Source of the DNA: Prasinococcaceae sp. CCMP 1430
Taxonomy: Eukaryota > Plantae > Prasinodermophyta
NCBI GenBank assembly: GCA_013416795.1
Contig: RQSC01001202.1
Span: forward strand, 1-64,000
Reading direction: 5' to 3'
Length of the DNA: 64,000 nt
Notes under the pieces: generated by a model
The model's database searches: none
The model's input: only the letters and a program-made list of their open reading frames with translations
What the model was told of the DNA's origin: nothing
Translations under genes and position numbers: made by a program
Part shown: positions 32,477-44,300 of the stretch, one piece after another
Layout: each line of letters starts with the position of its first letter
Numbering within the stretch: the first letter of the stretch is position 1

Positions 32477-33565
32477 TCACGGCGCGTCGACGCTCTCGTG
32501 GCCGCGGTGTGTGGCGTTGCCGATGCACTGCTTGTCGAACTCGAAGCCGTCGTACTCGTGGAACTGCCGCAGCTCCGTTACGAAGAGCCACCAGCCGAAG
32601 AAGGCGAGCATGATGGCCTTGCGCGCGCCGTGTGTCATCTCGTAGTTGGCGTACTGGACCTTGACGGTGGTCGCGGCGACGTGGGCGCAGAAGTGCGAGC
32701 GCTCCGCCGCCCCCCAGCTGAGGCTGCGGCTCTCCATGACGCCGCGAGTGAGCTCCTCGGGCCAGTCGTTGAGGCCGATGAGCGGCTGCATGTAGAAGGC
32801 GAGGGCGAGCGCGTTGCACAGGAAGCACAGTCCGAGCGACCACCCGGCCCACGGCCGCAGCTCGAAGTCGTAGATGAGCAGCGCCTGCGCAAAGAGGAAC
32901 ATGTACGTGATGGTGCTGGCGCCCTTGAGGGCGCTCGCGAGCGCCTTGCGCGTGTCGTTCACGGCGGCGTACTCCTCGACGGTGTCGTCGTAGGACAAGC
33001 CCCCGCGGCGCAGCAGGGTCTCCTCGAATCGCCTCTGAGCACCCTCGGTGTACACGCCCATGTAGACGAATACGTAGACGTTGACAACTTGATGCATGAC
33101 CGTCAATGTGGCGAGCAGTACCAGCGCCGCGACGAGCTTCACCTCCGCGTTGCGCACCCACAGCCCCAGCGGCACGAGCTGCAGCACGTACGAGCCGACG
33201 ATGTTGCCGGGCAGCTGCTCCATGCTCCTGCGCAGCGCCTCCGCGGCGGCGGCGCTGGCGTGCCACGGTGCCGGCAGCGCGCGGCTGAATCCGCGGGGCA
33301 CCAACCATAGCATGATGGCGAAGTCGCCGAAGGTGAAGATGCCCACGCACACGAGCCACGCCGACGCGCGCCACGCGCACCAGCCCTTCGCGAGCCCCGC
33401 GGCGTCGACGGCCGAGGCGGTGGCGTACGCGGCGTAGCACCAGCCGCCGGCGTAGGCGGCGCACAGCGCCGCCGCGACGGCCGCGCGCGCGAGGAGCGCG
33501 CCGCACGGTCCGCGCGCGCCAAGTAGCGCCACGCGCGTGCGCGCGCGCGCGCGCGGCGCACGCAC
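32477..33565 (-). CDS. Uncharacterised 7-TM membrane protein (GRL/DUF3537-like architecture)
   Basis: Seven hydrophobic segments by eye and a long charged helix between TM4 and TM5. The true start is probably in an upstream exon (TAG acceptor near 33572). Confidence 0.6.
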   Translation of the reverse strand: MRAPRARARTRVALLGARGPCGALLARAAVAAALCAAYAGGWCYAAYATASAVDAAGLAKGWCAWRASAWLVCVGIFTFGDFAIMLWLVPRGFSRALPAPWHASAAAAEALRRSMEQLPGNIVGSYVLQLVPLGLWVRNAEVKLVAALVLLATLTVMHQVVNVYVFVYMGVYTEGAQRRFEETLLRRGGLSYDDTVEEYAAVNDTRKALASALKGASTITYMFLFAQALLIYDFELRPWAGWSLGLCFLCNALALAFYMQPLIGLNDWPEELTRGVMESRSLSWGAAERSHFCAHVAATTVKVQYANYEMTHGARKAIMLAFFGWWLFVTELRQFHEYDGFEFDKQCIGNATHRGHESVDAP

Positions 33566-34154
33566 GTGCGCCTACGTTCCAGAGGAGGGGACTCAAGGAA
33601 GTCGACGGCGGGCGGGCGGGCAGGGGTGGGGGAGGGGGGAAGAGGAGGAGGAACGCACCGCTCGCTCTCCGCGGCGCTCGCTCCCCGCCGCGCGGCGGTT
33701 CCCCTGCGCGGCGGTTACGCATTCGTTTCGATGGAGAGCCACCTCGGCAGACCAACACTGCGCGCGCGGGGGAACGGGGACCCGCGGCGGCTCGATGTTG
33801 AGGTTACTCGGGGTTGGGCATTTTGGCGATACCAAGGTTGTAGAATAGCACCCAGCTGCGCACCCTCCCCATGCTTTTTGATGGGGGCGGTTCCCCCAGC
33901 GCTTGCCACGCGCGTGGACACTGGGGAAACGATTCGGGGGGCGTGCCACTCTTGCTGCTTTGCGCGCTGCGCGCGCACAAGCAGCTCCGCGTGCCGCGGC
34001 ACGCGAGAGTCACCCACGGTAAAACGCTACCCCCTCGTGCGCGAGAGGGAGACTGTGTTACATAGATGACGCATGGCCCGGGGCGGCGGCGCGCGGTGTC
34101 ACACACACGCTCATGCACACACGCGCACACACACGTGTGAACAATGTGTAGTTG

Positions 34155-36395
34155 TTAATTCGCCGCCTGGCGCGCGGCCTTTGCCTCCGCCCACGGCCCG
34201 ACGCGCGCGGCGTCGAGGGCCGCGCGGATGTCGTCAAGCGAGGCGGGGTCCTCGATGGTCGAGGGCACCGGCGTGACCGCCTCGGACACCGCGAGCGCGC
34301 GCATGGCCTTGCGGAGCACCTGCGCGCGTGTGTATGAGTGTAAGAGCCAGAGAGACACGGTGCGTGCGTTTGGTTGTGCTTGTGTGTGTGTGTGTGTGGT
34401 GGACAAACAAGTGTGTATGTGTGCGCTCGCGTACCTTTCCGGAGCGCGTCTTTGGGAGCCTGGGCACCACCAGCGCGGCGCGCATCGCCGCCACAGGCCC
34501 CACGCGCTCGCGCACGCGCGCGGCGACCTCGCGCCCCAGCGCCTCGCGCCTCGCCTCGGGCACGCCCTCCTTGAACACGCGGCCAGCGCCTGTCAGCGCG
34601 GTGAGTACGCACGCACACGGACAGGCACGCACGCACCACACACCACACACGCACACGCATGGCGCTCGCTACAAGACGTGCCTTGGTCACCACGAAGGCG
34701 ACGGGCACCTCGCCCTTGATTTCGTCCGGAACGCCGATCACCGCCGCCTCGGCGACGTCCGCGTGCGAGCCCGCCGCCTCCTCCAGCGACACGCTCGACA
34801 GGCGGTGCGCCGCCACGCTTATAATGTCGTCCGTGCGGCCCTCCACCCACACATACCTGCGTGGCGTGTGTGTGCATGTGTGCGTGTGTGCGTGCAAGTA
34901 TGTTTGGACGTGTGTGCGTGTAGTGTACGTGTGTGTGCGTGTGTGTTGTGCGTGTGCGCGCTAGGGCATGTCAGTATGCGCTGCGTGTGCACAAAAATGC
35001 GCGCGCGCACTTGCGCGTGCGCACACAAACACACGCACCCGTCCTCGTCGACGTAGCCGCTATCATGCGTGTTGAAGAAGCCGGGGTACCTATCGAGGTA
35101 CGTGGCTTTGAAGCGCTCTTCGTCGCCGTAGATGCCGGTGAGGCACGATGGTGCCAGCGGTAGCTTCAGGCAGAGGTTTCTGTGTGTGTTGTGTGTGTGT
35201 GTGTGTGTTTGTGTGTGTGTTCGTGCGTGAGCGCGCGCGCGCGCGTGTGTGAGAGAAACTATGCGTGCACACGGACACGCACGCGCGGGCGCGCGCGCGC
35301 ACACGCACCCACAGACGCCCGCGGGCAGCTCGTTGCCGTCGTCATCGAGCACGCGCACGTCGAAGCCCGGCATGGGCACGCCTGCCGAGCCGTGCTTGAT
35401 GGGCAGGCGTGTTCCGGGCGCGCAAATGTGTGTGCGCGTGTGCGTGTGCGTGTGTGCGTTTGAGTGTGCATGTGCGCTTGTGTGTGTTTGATTATGAGCG
35501 GGAGCCCCGGCGGGGTTGGCGGCCACAGGAGAGCCCGTCTCGGTGCTCCATAGCTGGTCGCGCGCGCGGACGCCTCTTGGGAGGACGCCCTCAAGCCACT
35601 CGAGCGTCGCGAGGTCGCAGCGCTCGCCCGCGACGAAGACGTTGTCGAGGCTGGAGAGGTCGCTCGCCGCGAGGTGCTCGCCGCGCGGGTCGGCGCGGCG
35701 CAGCGCCCGGAAGGCCGTCGGGGCGCTGAAGAGGCCACGCACGCGGTGGCGCTCCACCAGCCGCCACCACGCGCCCGCGTCGGGCGTGCCTTTGCGCGTG
35801 CGTGCGTGCGCGTGTTTTTGTATGTGCAATGTGTGTGTGAGTGTGAGTTTTGGTGCGTGTATATATATATGAGAAAGAGAGAGAGTAAGCATGCACGCGC
35901 GCGCGCACACACACACACACACACACAAATATGCACGCGCGCGCGCACACACTGGCGCATCCGGACAAGAACACGCGCATGCGCACGCACATGCTTGCGT
36001 GCATGTGCACATGCTCGCGCGCGCACGCACCGAGGGGCTTGCCCTCGTACACGACCGTAGCGCACCCCGCGAGCAGCGGTCCGTACGTCCCGTAGCTGTG
36101 TCCGACCGCCCAGCCGACGTCCGCAGCCGCCCAGTAGACGTCGCCGCGGTCGGGCGCCATGCCCATCACGTCGCGCATCGACCAGCGCAGCGCCACTGCG
36201 TGGCCGCCGTTGGCGCGCACCACGCCCTTGGGCCGGCCCGTCGTGCCCGACGTGTACAGCACGTACAGGGGGTCGTCGGACGACACCGGCGTGCAGCCTG
36301 CGCGTGTGTGCGTGTGAGAATGAGCGTGTGCGTGCGCGTGTGCGTGTTTGCGTGTGTGTGAGAGGAAGACAGAGAGCGAGAGCGCGCGAGAGAGT

Positions 36396-36431
<36 letters not shown>

Positions 36432-36851
36432 ACACAACCACAAAAACACACGTACGCGCGCGCGCATGGACCTGCACGCACCCACATGCATCCACGCACA
36501 CTACGCATCCACACAGCGCACACACACTCACCCACCGGCTCGCCGCGCAGGTCGCCCACCCAGTGGTCGCGGCCTGCCTTCATGTCGCACGCGGCGCCCT
36601 CCGCCGGTGGCAGGTCGTCGCGTGGGAATACCGCAACGGCGCTTGGCGCGTGCGTCGCGAGGCGCAGCGCGGCGTCGACGAGCGGCTTGTAGCGCAGCAC
36701 GCGGTTGTTCTCGACGCCCGCGGCGGCGGTGAGGACCACCTTGGCCCGCGCGTCGTCAGTGTGCGCACGCGCACCCACCCACCTACACACAGGTACACAC
36801 AGGCGCGCACACACGCGCGCGCACGCAAGCGCTCACACGTATACTCGAAGC

Positions 36852-36927
<76 letters not shown>

Positions 36928-36928
36928 N

Positions 36929-36985
<57 letters not shown>

Positions 36986-37015
36986 TCATGCGCTCGCGCT
37001 CGCGCTCGCGCGCAC

Positions 37016-37077
<62 letters not shown>

Positions 37078-37730
37078 ACACTCGCACACACACCTTGGGT
37101 CGTGCGTCGTCCACGCGCGCCGCGAGCTCGGGGGGTGCGAAGCCGCCGAAGACCACCGAGTGCACGGCGCCCAGCCGCGCGCACGCCAGCATTGCGATGG
37201 GGGTCTCGGCGACCATCGGGAGGTAGCACACCACGCGGTCACCCTGATGTAGCACGCGCGCGCATGCGTCAGGTGCGACGTGTGTGTGATGTGTGTGCGC
37301 GCGCGCGCGCGTGTGTGTGTGCACGTCGTGCGTCTTTGTGTGTGTATCTGTGTGTGCGTACGCGTGCGCGCGCGCCTGCACGCGCGCCGCGCCCCCCACC
37401 TTGCCCACGCCGAGCGCCTTGAGCTTGCCTGCGAGCAGCGCCACCTCGTCGCGGAGCTCCTCGAAGGTGAGCGAGCGAGCGCCGCCGGTGGCGGGGCTCT
37501 CCCAGTGCAGCGCGGGGAGTCTCCCGCGCCCCGCGGCGACGTGCGCGTCCAGGCAGAGGTGGGAGGTGTTGAGGATTCCGCCGGCGAACCACCCAGAGCC
37601 GGGCGGCGCGTGCGTGCGTGCGTGCGTGTGTGGCGCCGCGCGGAGTGGCGGGGCGAACCAGTCGAGCTCGGCTGCGCACGCGCGCCAGAACACCTCCGCG
37701 TCGGCCGCGGCCGCGGCGCTCGGCGGGAAC
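34155..37730 (-). CDS. Short-chain acyl-CoA (propionyl/acetyl-CoA) synthetase, ACSS3/PrpE-like, multi-exon; 5' end in gap
   Basis: Exons 37730-37400, 37243-37094, 36739-36532, 36297-36031, 35789-35309, 35179-35039, 34856-34682, 34569-34435 and 34319-34155. Motifs [46 protein letters not shown]. Confidence 0.9.
36852..37075. repeat. Long (CA)n/(TG)n microsatellite in ACS intron
   Basis: Two near-perfect CA runs separated by (CGCT)n/CG; another run at 37777-37852. Confidence 0.95.
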
Positions 37731-37776
37731 NNNNNNNNNNNNNNNNNNNNNNNNNNNNNNNNNNNNNNNNNNNNNN

Positions 37777-37855
<79 letters not shown>

Positions 37856-38494
37856 CGCGCGGCGCGGCGCGCGCGCGGCGGGCCCTGCCGCCCGCCTGGC
37901 GAACCGGCAGCCGACAGTCGACGGTGGGGGGGGGGGGTCGGGATTGGGTCTGGGCGAGGCGCTTTTTTAGGTTAGACAAAAGAGGGTTAAAATGTTTGCC
38001 GCCGCCGGCCGGGTCGGATCGCGCGAACCGAAACAAAAAAAAAACTAAAAAAAAACTAAAAAAAACTAACAACGGCTCCGCATGCTTCTGATGCGGTTGT
38101 GATGGGAAACGCATGGGAGCGATGTGCGCACGGAGTACTCTCCCGTGGTCGCATTGACATACGGATGCGTATCATATCGAAAGGGCGCCGCCGCCGGATC
38201 GACGAGCGGGGCGCGCGGAGTTGTAGAGACGTTTGATGTGACAATTCGCGATGCGAAATGGTTGCGGTCGGGCGCATGCGGTGTGATGGGACGCGCGCGG
38301 CGTTGTTAGCCGCGGTTTGCCGCCCGCGGCGGGGGTACGAACGCGAATGCGCGCGCGCGCGCGCGCGCGCGCGCGCGCGGGCGTGGGGGTGGGGGTGCGT
38401 GGGCGTGTGCCACACCGCGCGCGCAGCACGCGACGCCGCGCCTCGCTCACAACACCGCACGCACACGCGCGCGCGCGCGCCCCCGCGCGAAGGA

Positions 38495-40060
38495 ATGGGA
38501 ATGGAGACCCCGACGAAGGTCATGGCCGACACGCAGCAGTGCGATCGCTTCATCCCGTCGCGCAGCGCGCTCGACGTGGACATGGCGAACTACGCGCTCA
38601 CCAAGGAGAACGGCGCCGAGGTCGCCGACAGGGCCACCACCGACGTGGTGTCACCCGCCAAGGTGCGCGCGCTGGGCAAACGGGGGCGCGCATGCTCCGC
38701 TGCTCATGCGCGCGCGCGCGCGCGCGCGCACTAGCAACGGCACGCGAGCGCCGCAACCCTAACGCGCCGAGCTGACGCGCGCGCGCCCGCTCGCCCCGTA
38801 CGCACCTCCCCTGCCCGCCGTGCGCTTCCGCCGCGCGCGCGCGCACATCAGGAGGAGTACAAGAAACAGCTCTCGCAGTCGCTGCTGAACAGCACCAACA
38901 CGTCAGGCGCGTCGAAGATCCTGGCGTTCAAGAACAAGGCCCCCGCCCCGCCAGAGGGCTACGCCAATGGCATGGCGATGCTGTACAACCAGAACGCGGG
39001 CGCCGGCGCGAAGGTCACCAAGCGCGCGCATCGGCACATCCCTCAGGCGCCTGAGCGCATCCTGGACGCGCCCGAGCTGCTGGACGACTACTACCTCAAC
39101 CTGCTCGACTGGAGCAGCTCGAACGTGGTGGGCGTGGCGCTGGGCCAGAGCGTCTACATGTGGAACGCGGGCACCGGCGACATCCAGCAGCTCATGCAGA
39201 CCGCCGACGAGGACGACTACGTGACGTCGATCTCGTGGGCCAAGGATGCCAAGCACGTCGCCATCGGCACCAACAATGCGGAGGTGCAGATCTGGGACGC
39301 GACGGCCATGCGGCAGGTGCGCTGCCTGCGCGGCCACCGCGCGCGGGTGGGTGCGCTCGACTGGAACGGCTCGACGCTCTCGAGTGGCTCGCGCGACACC
39401 GGCGTGCTCAACCACGATGTGCGCGTCCGCGAGCACATCACCTCGAGCTTCTCGGCGCACGAGCAGGAAGTGTGCGGCCTCAAGTGGTCGCCCTCCGGGC
39501 AGCAGCTTGCGTCGGGGGGAAACGACAACGTGCTTCACATCTGGGACGCCGCCATGGCGCGCACGACCGGCGCCGCAGCGACGACCGCCACCGACCCGCT
39601 GCACCGCCTCACCGCCCACCGCGCCGCCGTCAAGGCGCTCGCGTGGTGCCCCTTCCAGTCAAACCTGCTCGCTTCGGGCGGCGGCACAGCCGACCGCTGC
39701 ATCAAGTTCTGGAACACACACACGGGCGCTTGCCTGAACTCCATCGACACGCACTCGCAGGTGTGCGCGCTGCAGTGGAGCCGCCACGAGCGCGAGCTGC
39801 TGTCGAGCCACGGCTTCTCGCAGAACCAGCTCTGTCTGTGGAAGTACCCCACCATGACCAAGATGGCCGAGCTCACCGGGCACACGGCGCGAGTGCTCCA
39901 CCTCGCGCAGTCGCCAGACGGCGCCACGGTGGTCTCCGCGGCCGCCGACGAGACGCTCCGCTTCTGGAGGGTCTTCGCGCAGCCCGAGGGCGCGCGCGCG
40001 TCTAAGGCCGCGCCCGCGGGCGGGCGCCAGTCGGTGCTGCGCTCCATCAACATCCGCTGA
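38495..40060 (+). CDS. CDC20: Cell division cycle 20 (Fizzy), APC/C activator
   Basis: Exon 1 38495-38662 with C-box DRFIPSR, GT-AG intron 38663-38851, exon 2 38852-40060 with [24 protein letters not shown], seven WD40 repeats and a C-terminal IR tail. Confidence 0.96.
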
Positions 40061-40594
40061 GCAGGCCTTGGCCTGTGAAACCCAGCGCACATGTGCGAGG
40101 CGTTCTTTCGCCGCGATGCAGTGCGCGCAATGGTCCGGCGATGCGGTTGGGGTGCTCCGGCCCGATGGTGCTACGGAGTGGTCTGGTATGGAGTTGCGGT
40201 CGTGCGCGGTGTGGGATCGGCACGTCACGCGGTGCTGCTCGGCACGTCGTCGGTGCCTCTCTCTTCTGCCGTCTCCTTGGACCTTCTGCATTCTTTGCTT
40301 CCTCCGATGGCTGGCCTGGTTGGAAAGAAACACGCCCGCGCCCGCCGTACTAACGCGCGCCTGCCGCCGCGCTGCGCTCGCGCCTGCGCCTGTGTGGGGT
40401 CCTGGGCGCGTGAATGCGCGCGTGAGAGCGCCTTGCCTGCTTTGACCCTGCGCGCCTCTTGTGTACACTTTTGTATCGCTGCTTTGCCTCTGCCTGTCTG
40501 CTTGTTTGTTTGTTTGTTTGTTTGTCGCTTCTTTCGCTCTCTTCTTTCTCTTTCTTTCGCTCCTCTCTCTCTCTCTCGTTCTGGATACACCACA

Positions 40595-40632
<38 letters not shown>

Positions 40633-41352
40633 CCGCCGTGGTTTCTACCACGGCGCGCCAACCTCAACCCTCAGAAGCCGGCCCTGTGCCACCCAATGTT
40701 CCTATCGCCAGCGCGAACGCCAGGCGCTGCCAGCGTCAGCCTAGCTAGGCGCCAGCGACCGCCAGCAAGCTCCATTCCGCGCCAGCGCTGGTGCCCCTGC
40801 CCCTTCCCCTCGCTCTCTCCCTCGCTCCCCTCCTCTCCCGCCGTCGCTGACATTGCCGCGCGGCGGTCTGTGACCGAGCGCGCCGCGCGGAGTCCTGCGC
40901 CGCAGGACAGTGCGCAGCGGGCGCCCGCGTGCGCCGGCCGGCCCGGCAGCGCTCGAATCCGCCGGCTGCGCCCGCGCGCAGCGCAACGCGGCGATACCAG
41001 CAACAAGGGCGCTTTCAAAATAGCAGGTCGAAATGAATGCACAGCGCCGCGCGCGCTGTCGCGGGTGCTGCTGCGGCGCGAGGGGCGTGCCACACCACGG
41101 GCGCCTCGCGCACCGCCGGCGGCGGCGGCGGCGCCACTCTGCGACAGAGCCGCGCTTTGCGTGCCCACGCCACGCGCCGAGCGGCTGGTGTCGGACCCAC
41201 TCTCCGACCGTGTACCGGGCGGCAACCCCCGTGCGCCGGCGCTCGGTCCCGCGCTCGCGCCTTGGGCGCTCGCCGCCGCGGGCGCCGCGGCGTCGGCATG
41301 CGTTCGCTCGGCCGCGAGAGACGCGCCTGCGACGACGCTGCTCGCAGCGCTC

Positions 41353-44300
41353 ATGCTGGGCGACCCGAGCAAGGTGGAGTCCGTGCTGGCCCACGCGAAG
41401 GTGTGCGATGTTGAGGGCGGCATTCGCCGCGCCGCCAGGCGGCTGGATCTGACTGGCGGCGCCCCTCGCGATAGCGTGCCCCTGTGCACCGCGCTCGTGC
41501 TCGCGAAGCACTGCGCAGCGAGGCACGCTGCCGGAGACAGCAGGGATGCCCGCGCGGGGAGGCTGCTCGTCGCAGGTGCGGCGCAGCGGCTCCACGAGGT
41601 AGCTGGCAGCAGTGGCACGCACGGCGGCTTCGCTGAGCTAGCCACGGCGTGCGCGCCCCTGGGAGCTGTGGAGGTGTTGCACAAAGCGTGCGCTCTCTGT
41701 GCGCTCGAGCCGGCGGCAGGCGACGCCCGTGGGGGCGCTCCGCCGCAGCTCCTGGGCAAGCTCTGCCGCTCGATCAGCAGGCACGGCGGTGCTATGAGCG
41801 AGGGCGATTGCCACCGTGTCGTCGCAGCGCTGCGAGCAGCTGCGGTTGGCACGAGGCTGCGAGCAGACCAGAGCGGGGCTAAGGCAATGCGGCGACGGGC
41901 AGCAGCGCTCCAGCGGGCGGTCGATAGTGTGGCAACGCAGCTCATCGGCAGCGACAATACGAACAATGAGCATGCGGGAGGCATACGCGCAGGCGCATCG
42001 CCACATACGAGCAACTCGCAGTGGCTTCCCGCGCGCGACTATATGCCCAGCGTGGCCGACGCCCTGGCCATCGCCGAAGGACGTGGTGCCTCGACGCAGT
42101 CTGTGCCCGACCTCTCGCCATTTTCCGAGGGTGGACACGCGCCTACATTGTATGTGCGCCGGGCGCTGTGGCTGCTCGCGTTGATCGATGAGCTCGATCG
42201 TGTGTGCGAGGACGCCGATGTCGGCTGCGTTGGAGCTCGTGCAGATGCGCTGGAGGCAGCCATCGTCGGCCAGCTCTCCAGTCGAAAGGCAGTGGACAGC
42301 GGCGGGGACGATACGCTCTGGGAGCTCTGCGTGGGCGACCTCCAAGCGCGCGCAAGCACTGAGATACCGCGCGCGCACATTCACCGTGAGTGGGGCGAGC
42401 CCGACGAGGCCAGCACGGATGGATGCGAGCCTGGCCGCGCGAAGCTCCTGCCGTGGCGACCCTTGCAGCGGGTGCTCTTCATCCTTGCTGAGAACGAGGT
42501 GCTCGCGGTCGAGGCTTGCGCGGCCGCGCAGACCCAGCGCCTGTCACGGGAAGCCACGGGCGTTGCTCCGAGACGACTGCGAGTGTTGCTCAGCGGAGCG
42601 CTGGCCGAGCGCACTGTGCGAGGAACGGCCGCCACCCTGCATACGCTCCACATCGTATCAAGGGCGCGGCGGGCATGCACACTGCTTGGGTACCCTCTCG
42701 AGGCTGGGTTGGATGCTGACCTATTTGCGCGCGCCGTGTCAACGGATGCGTGCCTATGGGCTGTGCTCCCGGCACTGGTGCCGCGAGATTTGCGACGCCA
42801 ATTTATCTCCAGTGCAATCGAAAGCCTGGGCACGTCCCAGTTGCCTGCTACGCAGGCTGCAGGCGCCGCATTCGCTCGCAGAGCACTGGAATCGCTCGAC
42901 GACTGCATAGTCGGAGAACCCAGTTCCAGCGCAGGCTCACCGTGGTCAGTTTCGGAGTGTGCACACTTGGCGATGGCGCTGGTCGCTGAGGGCACAGCTG
43001 CGACCAATGCACTTGCGCTTTCCACATCAGATCGAGCGCTCTGGCTGCTGCAAGTTGCTCGCTGTGCTCTCGAAGCAAGCTCGCTCGCCCTGTCTTTGGG
43101 AGGGCAGGCGGCCCACGATCGCCGGGACCTTCGGCTGGAGTTGCAAACAATCGTTCGTGCCCTCGGCGACCTCCTGGCCACGCAGGAGGGCTCTGGTGCA
43201 GGTGGAGCTTGCCGCACCAAAGACTCGTTGGACCTCCCCCCAGGCCTGCGACAAGAGCTCCTCAGGGTGCGGCGGGATGCTGGCGTGCGGCTGGCCACTA
43301 TTCCCGTTCCGAGCATTGAAGCTGAGGGCAGCCTCCCGCCGCGCAAGCGAGCGCGCCTGTCAGGGCATGAGGGAGAAGATGCTGCGCATCCTGCGGCACT
43401 TGCTGCTGTACGATTGGCCTGCGTCACCCGTGGAGTAGCAGCAGGTGATGCCGGTGCCGCGGAGATCCTCGGAGCCGCACTTGAGGAGATATGGCGGAAT
43501 CGAACCGAAGTGGCATCGGGCGCCCGAGATGGCCGCTGGCCAAGGGCTTTTCTCGGCGACTTGCTGTCCAAAACTGTTGCGGCAGCTGCCTCCTCAGACC
43601 CAGTCTCGTTTATCCAGGGCTCCACACGGAGGTGCCGTGCGCTGCTCGCCATGTCGGCCGTCTTTCCCGAGGCTAATGCGACTGTTGCGACGATTTCTCC
43701 AATGCTGTGTGCGCGTGTGCCACGCGGATTCCTTGCGGACATGCCAGAGGCCGAGCAGGTGGCCCTCGTGTGCTGCCTCGCGCTTGGGGCTGGGCGCACC
43801 TCAAGCATCGGCGACGCAGATGAAGTGGCGCGAGTGTTGATTCACTTGCTTCCAGCATTCACCAGATGCGATGCTGGGAACGGCCCCGCAGCCATCCTCG
43901 ATACTGTGGCAACGAGACTGGCACCAGCGCTCGATGTGCTCTGCGTGCGCATGCTGACGTCCTTGCTGGCCGCTGCGCCACAGCTCCGCGACGCTCTCGT
44001 AGCGCACATTGGCATCGCAGATGACTCGGAAGGCGAGTGGGCGAAGGTTTTGAACCGCGACCTGTGCGATGCGCTGAAGGAGTGCGCGAGCTGCGACGTC
44101 CGCCTCGACGAGGCACTCGCAACAGGCCGCTTGAAATGGCCTCCTGGTGCGAGCAGCGCCCTGGTCGGGCAGGATGTTTGTAGGGCAGTGCTACACGGGG
44201 ACAAAGATGTTCAGGCTGGTGCGTCGTGGTTGTGCCAGTACGCACCCTTCGAAGATGCTGACGCCGTCGCGGCCACGGAGGCCATCATAAGCGCGGCCGA

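Noticed and set aside
36580-37851. Cys/Val- or His/Thr-rich proteins (CVCVCV, HTHTHT)
   Set aside because: Translations of intronic (TG)n/(CA)n microsatellites.
38060-38085. MSA (AACGG) mitotic promoter element for CDC20
   Set aside because: Only one core found upstream (~420 nt from the ATG). Functional MSA promoters typically have several, so a single 5-mer is not evidence.
40459-41352. N-terminal 298 aa of the 1466-aa ORF
   Set aside because: It runs through the CDC20 3' region, (GTTT)n, (CT)n and (CA)n microsatellites; the frame is open only because GC-rich DNA has few stops.
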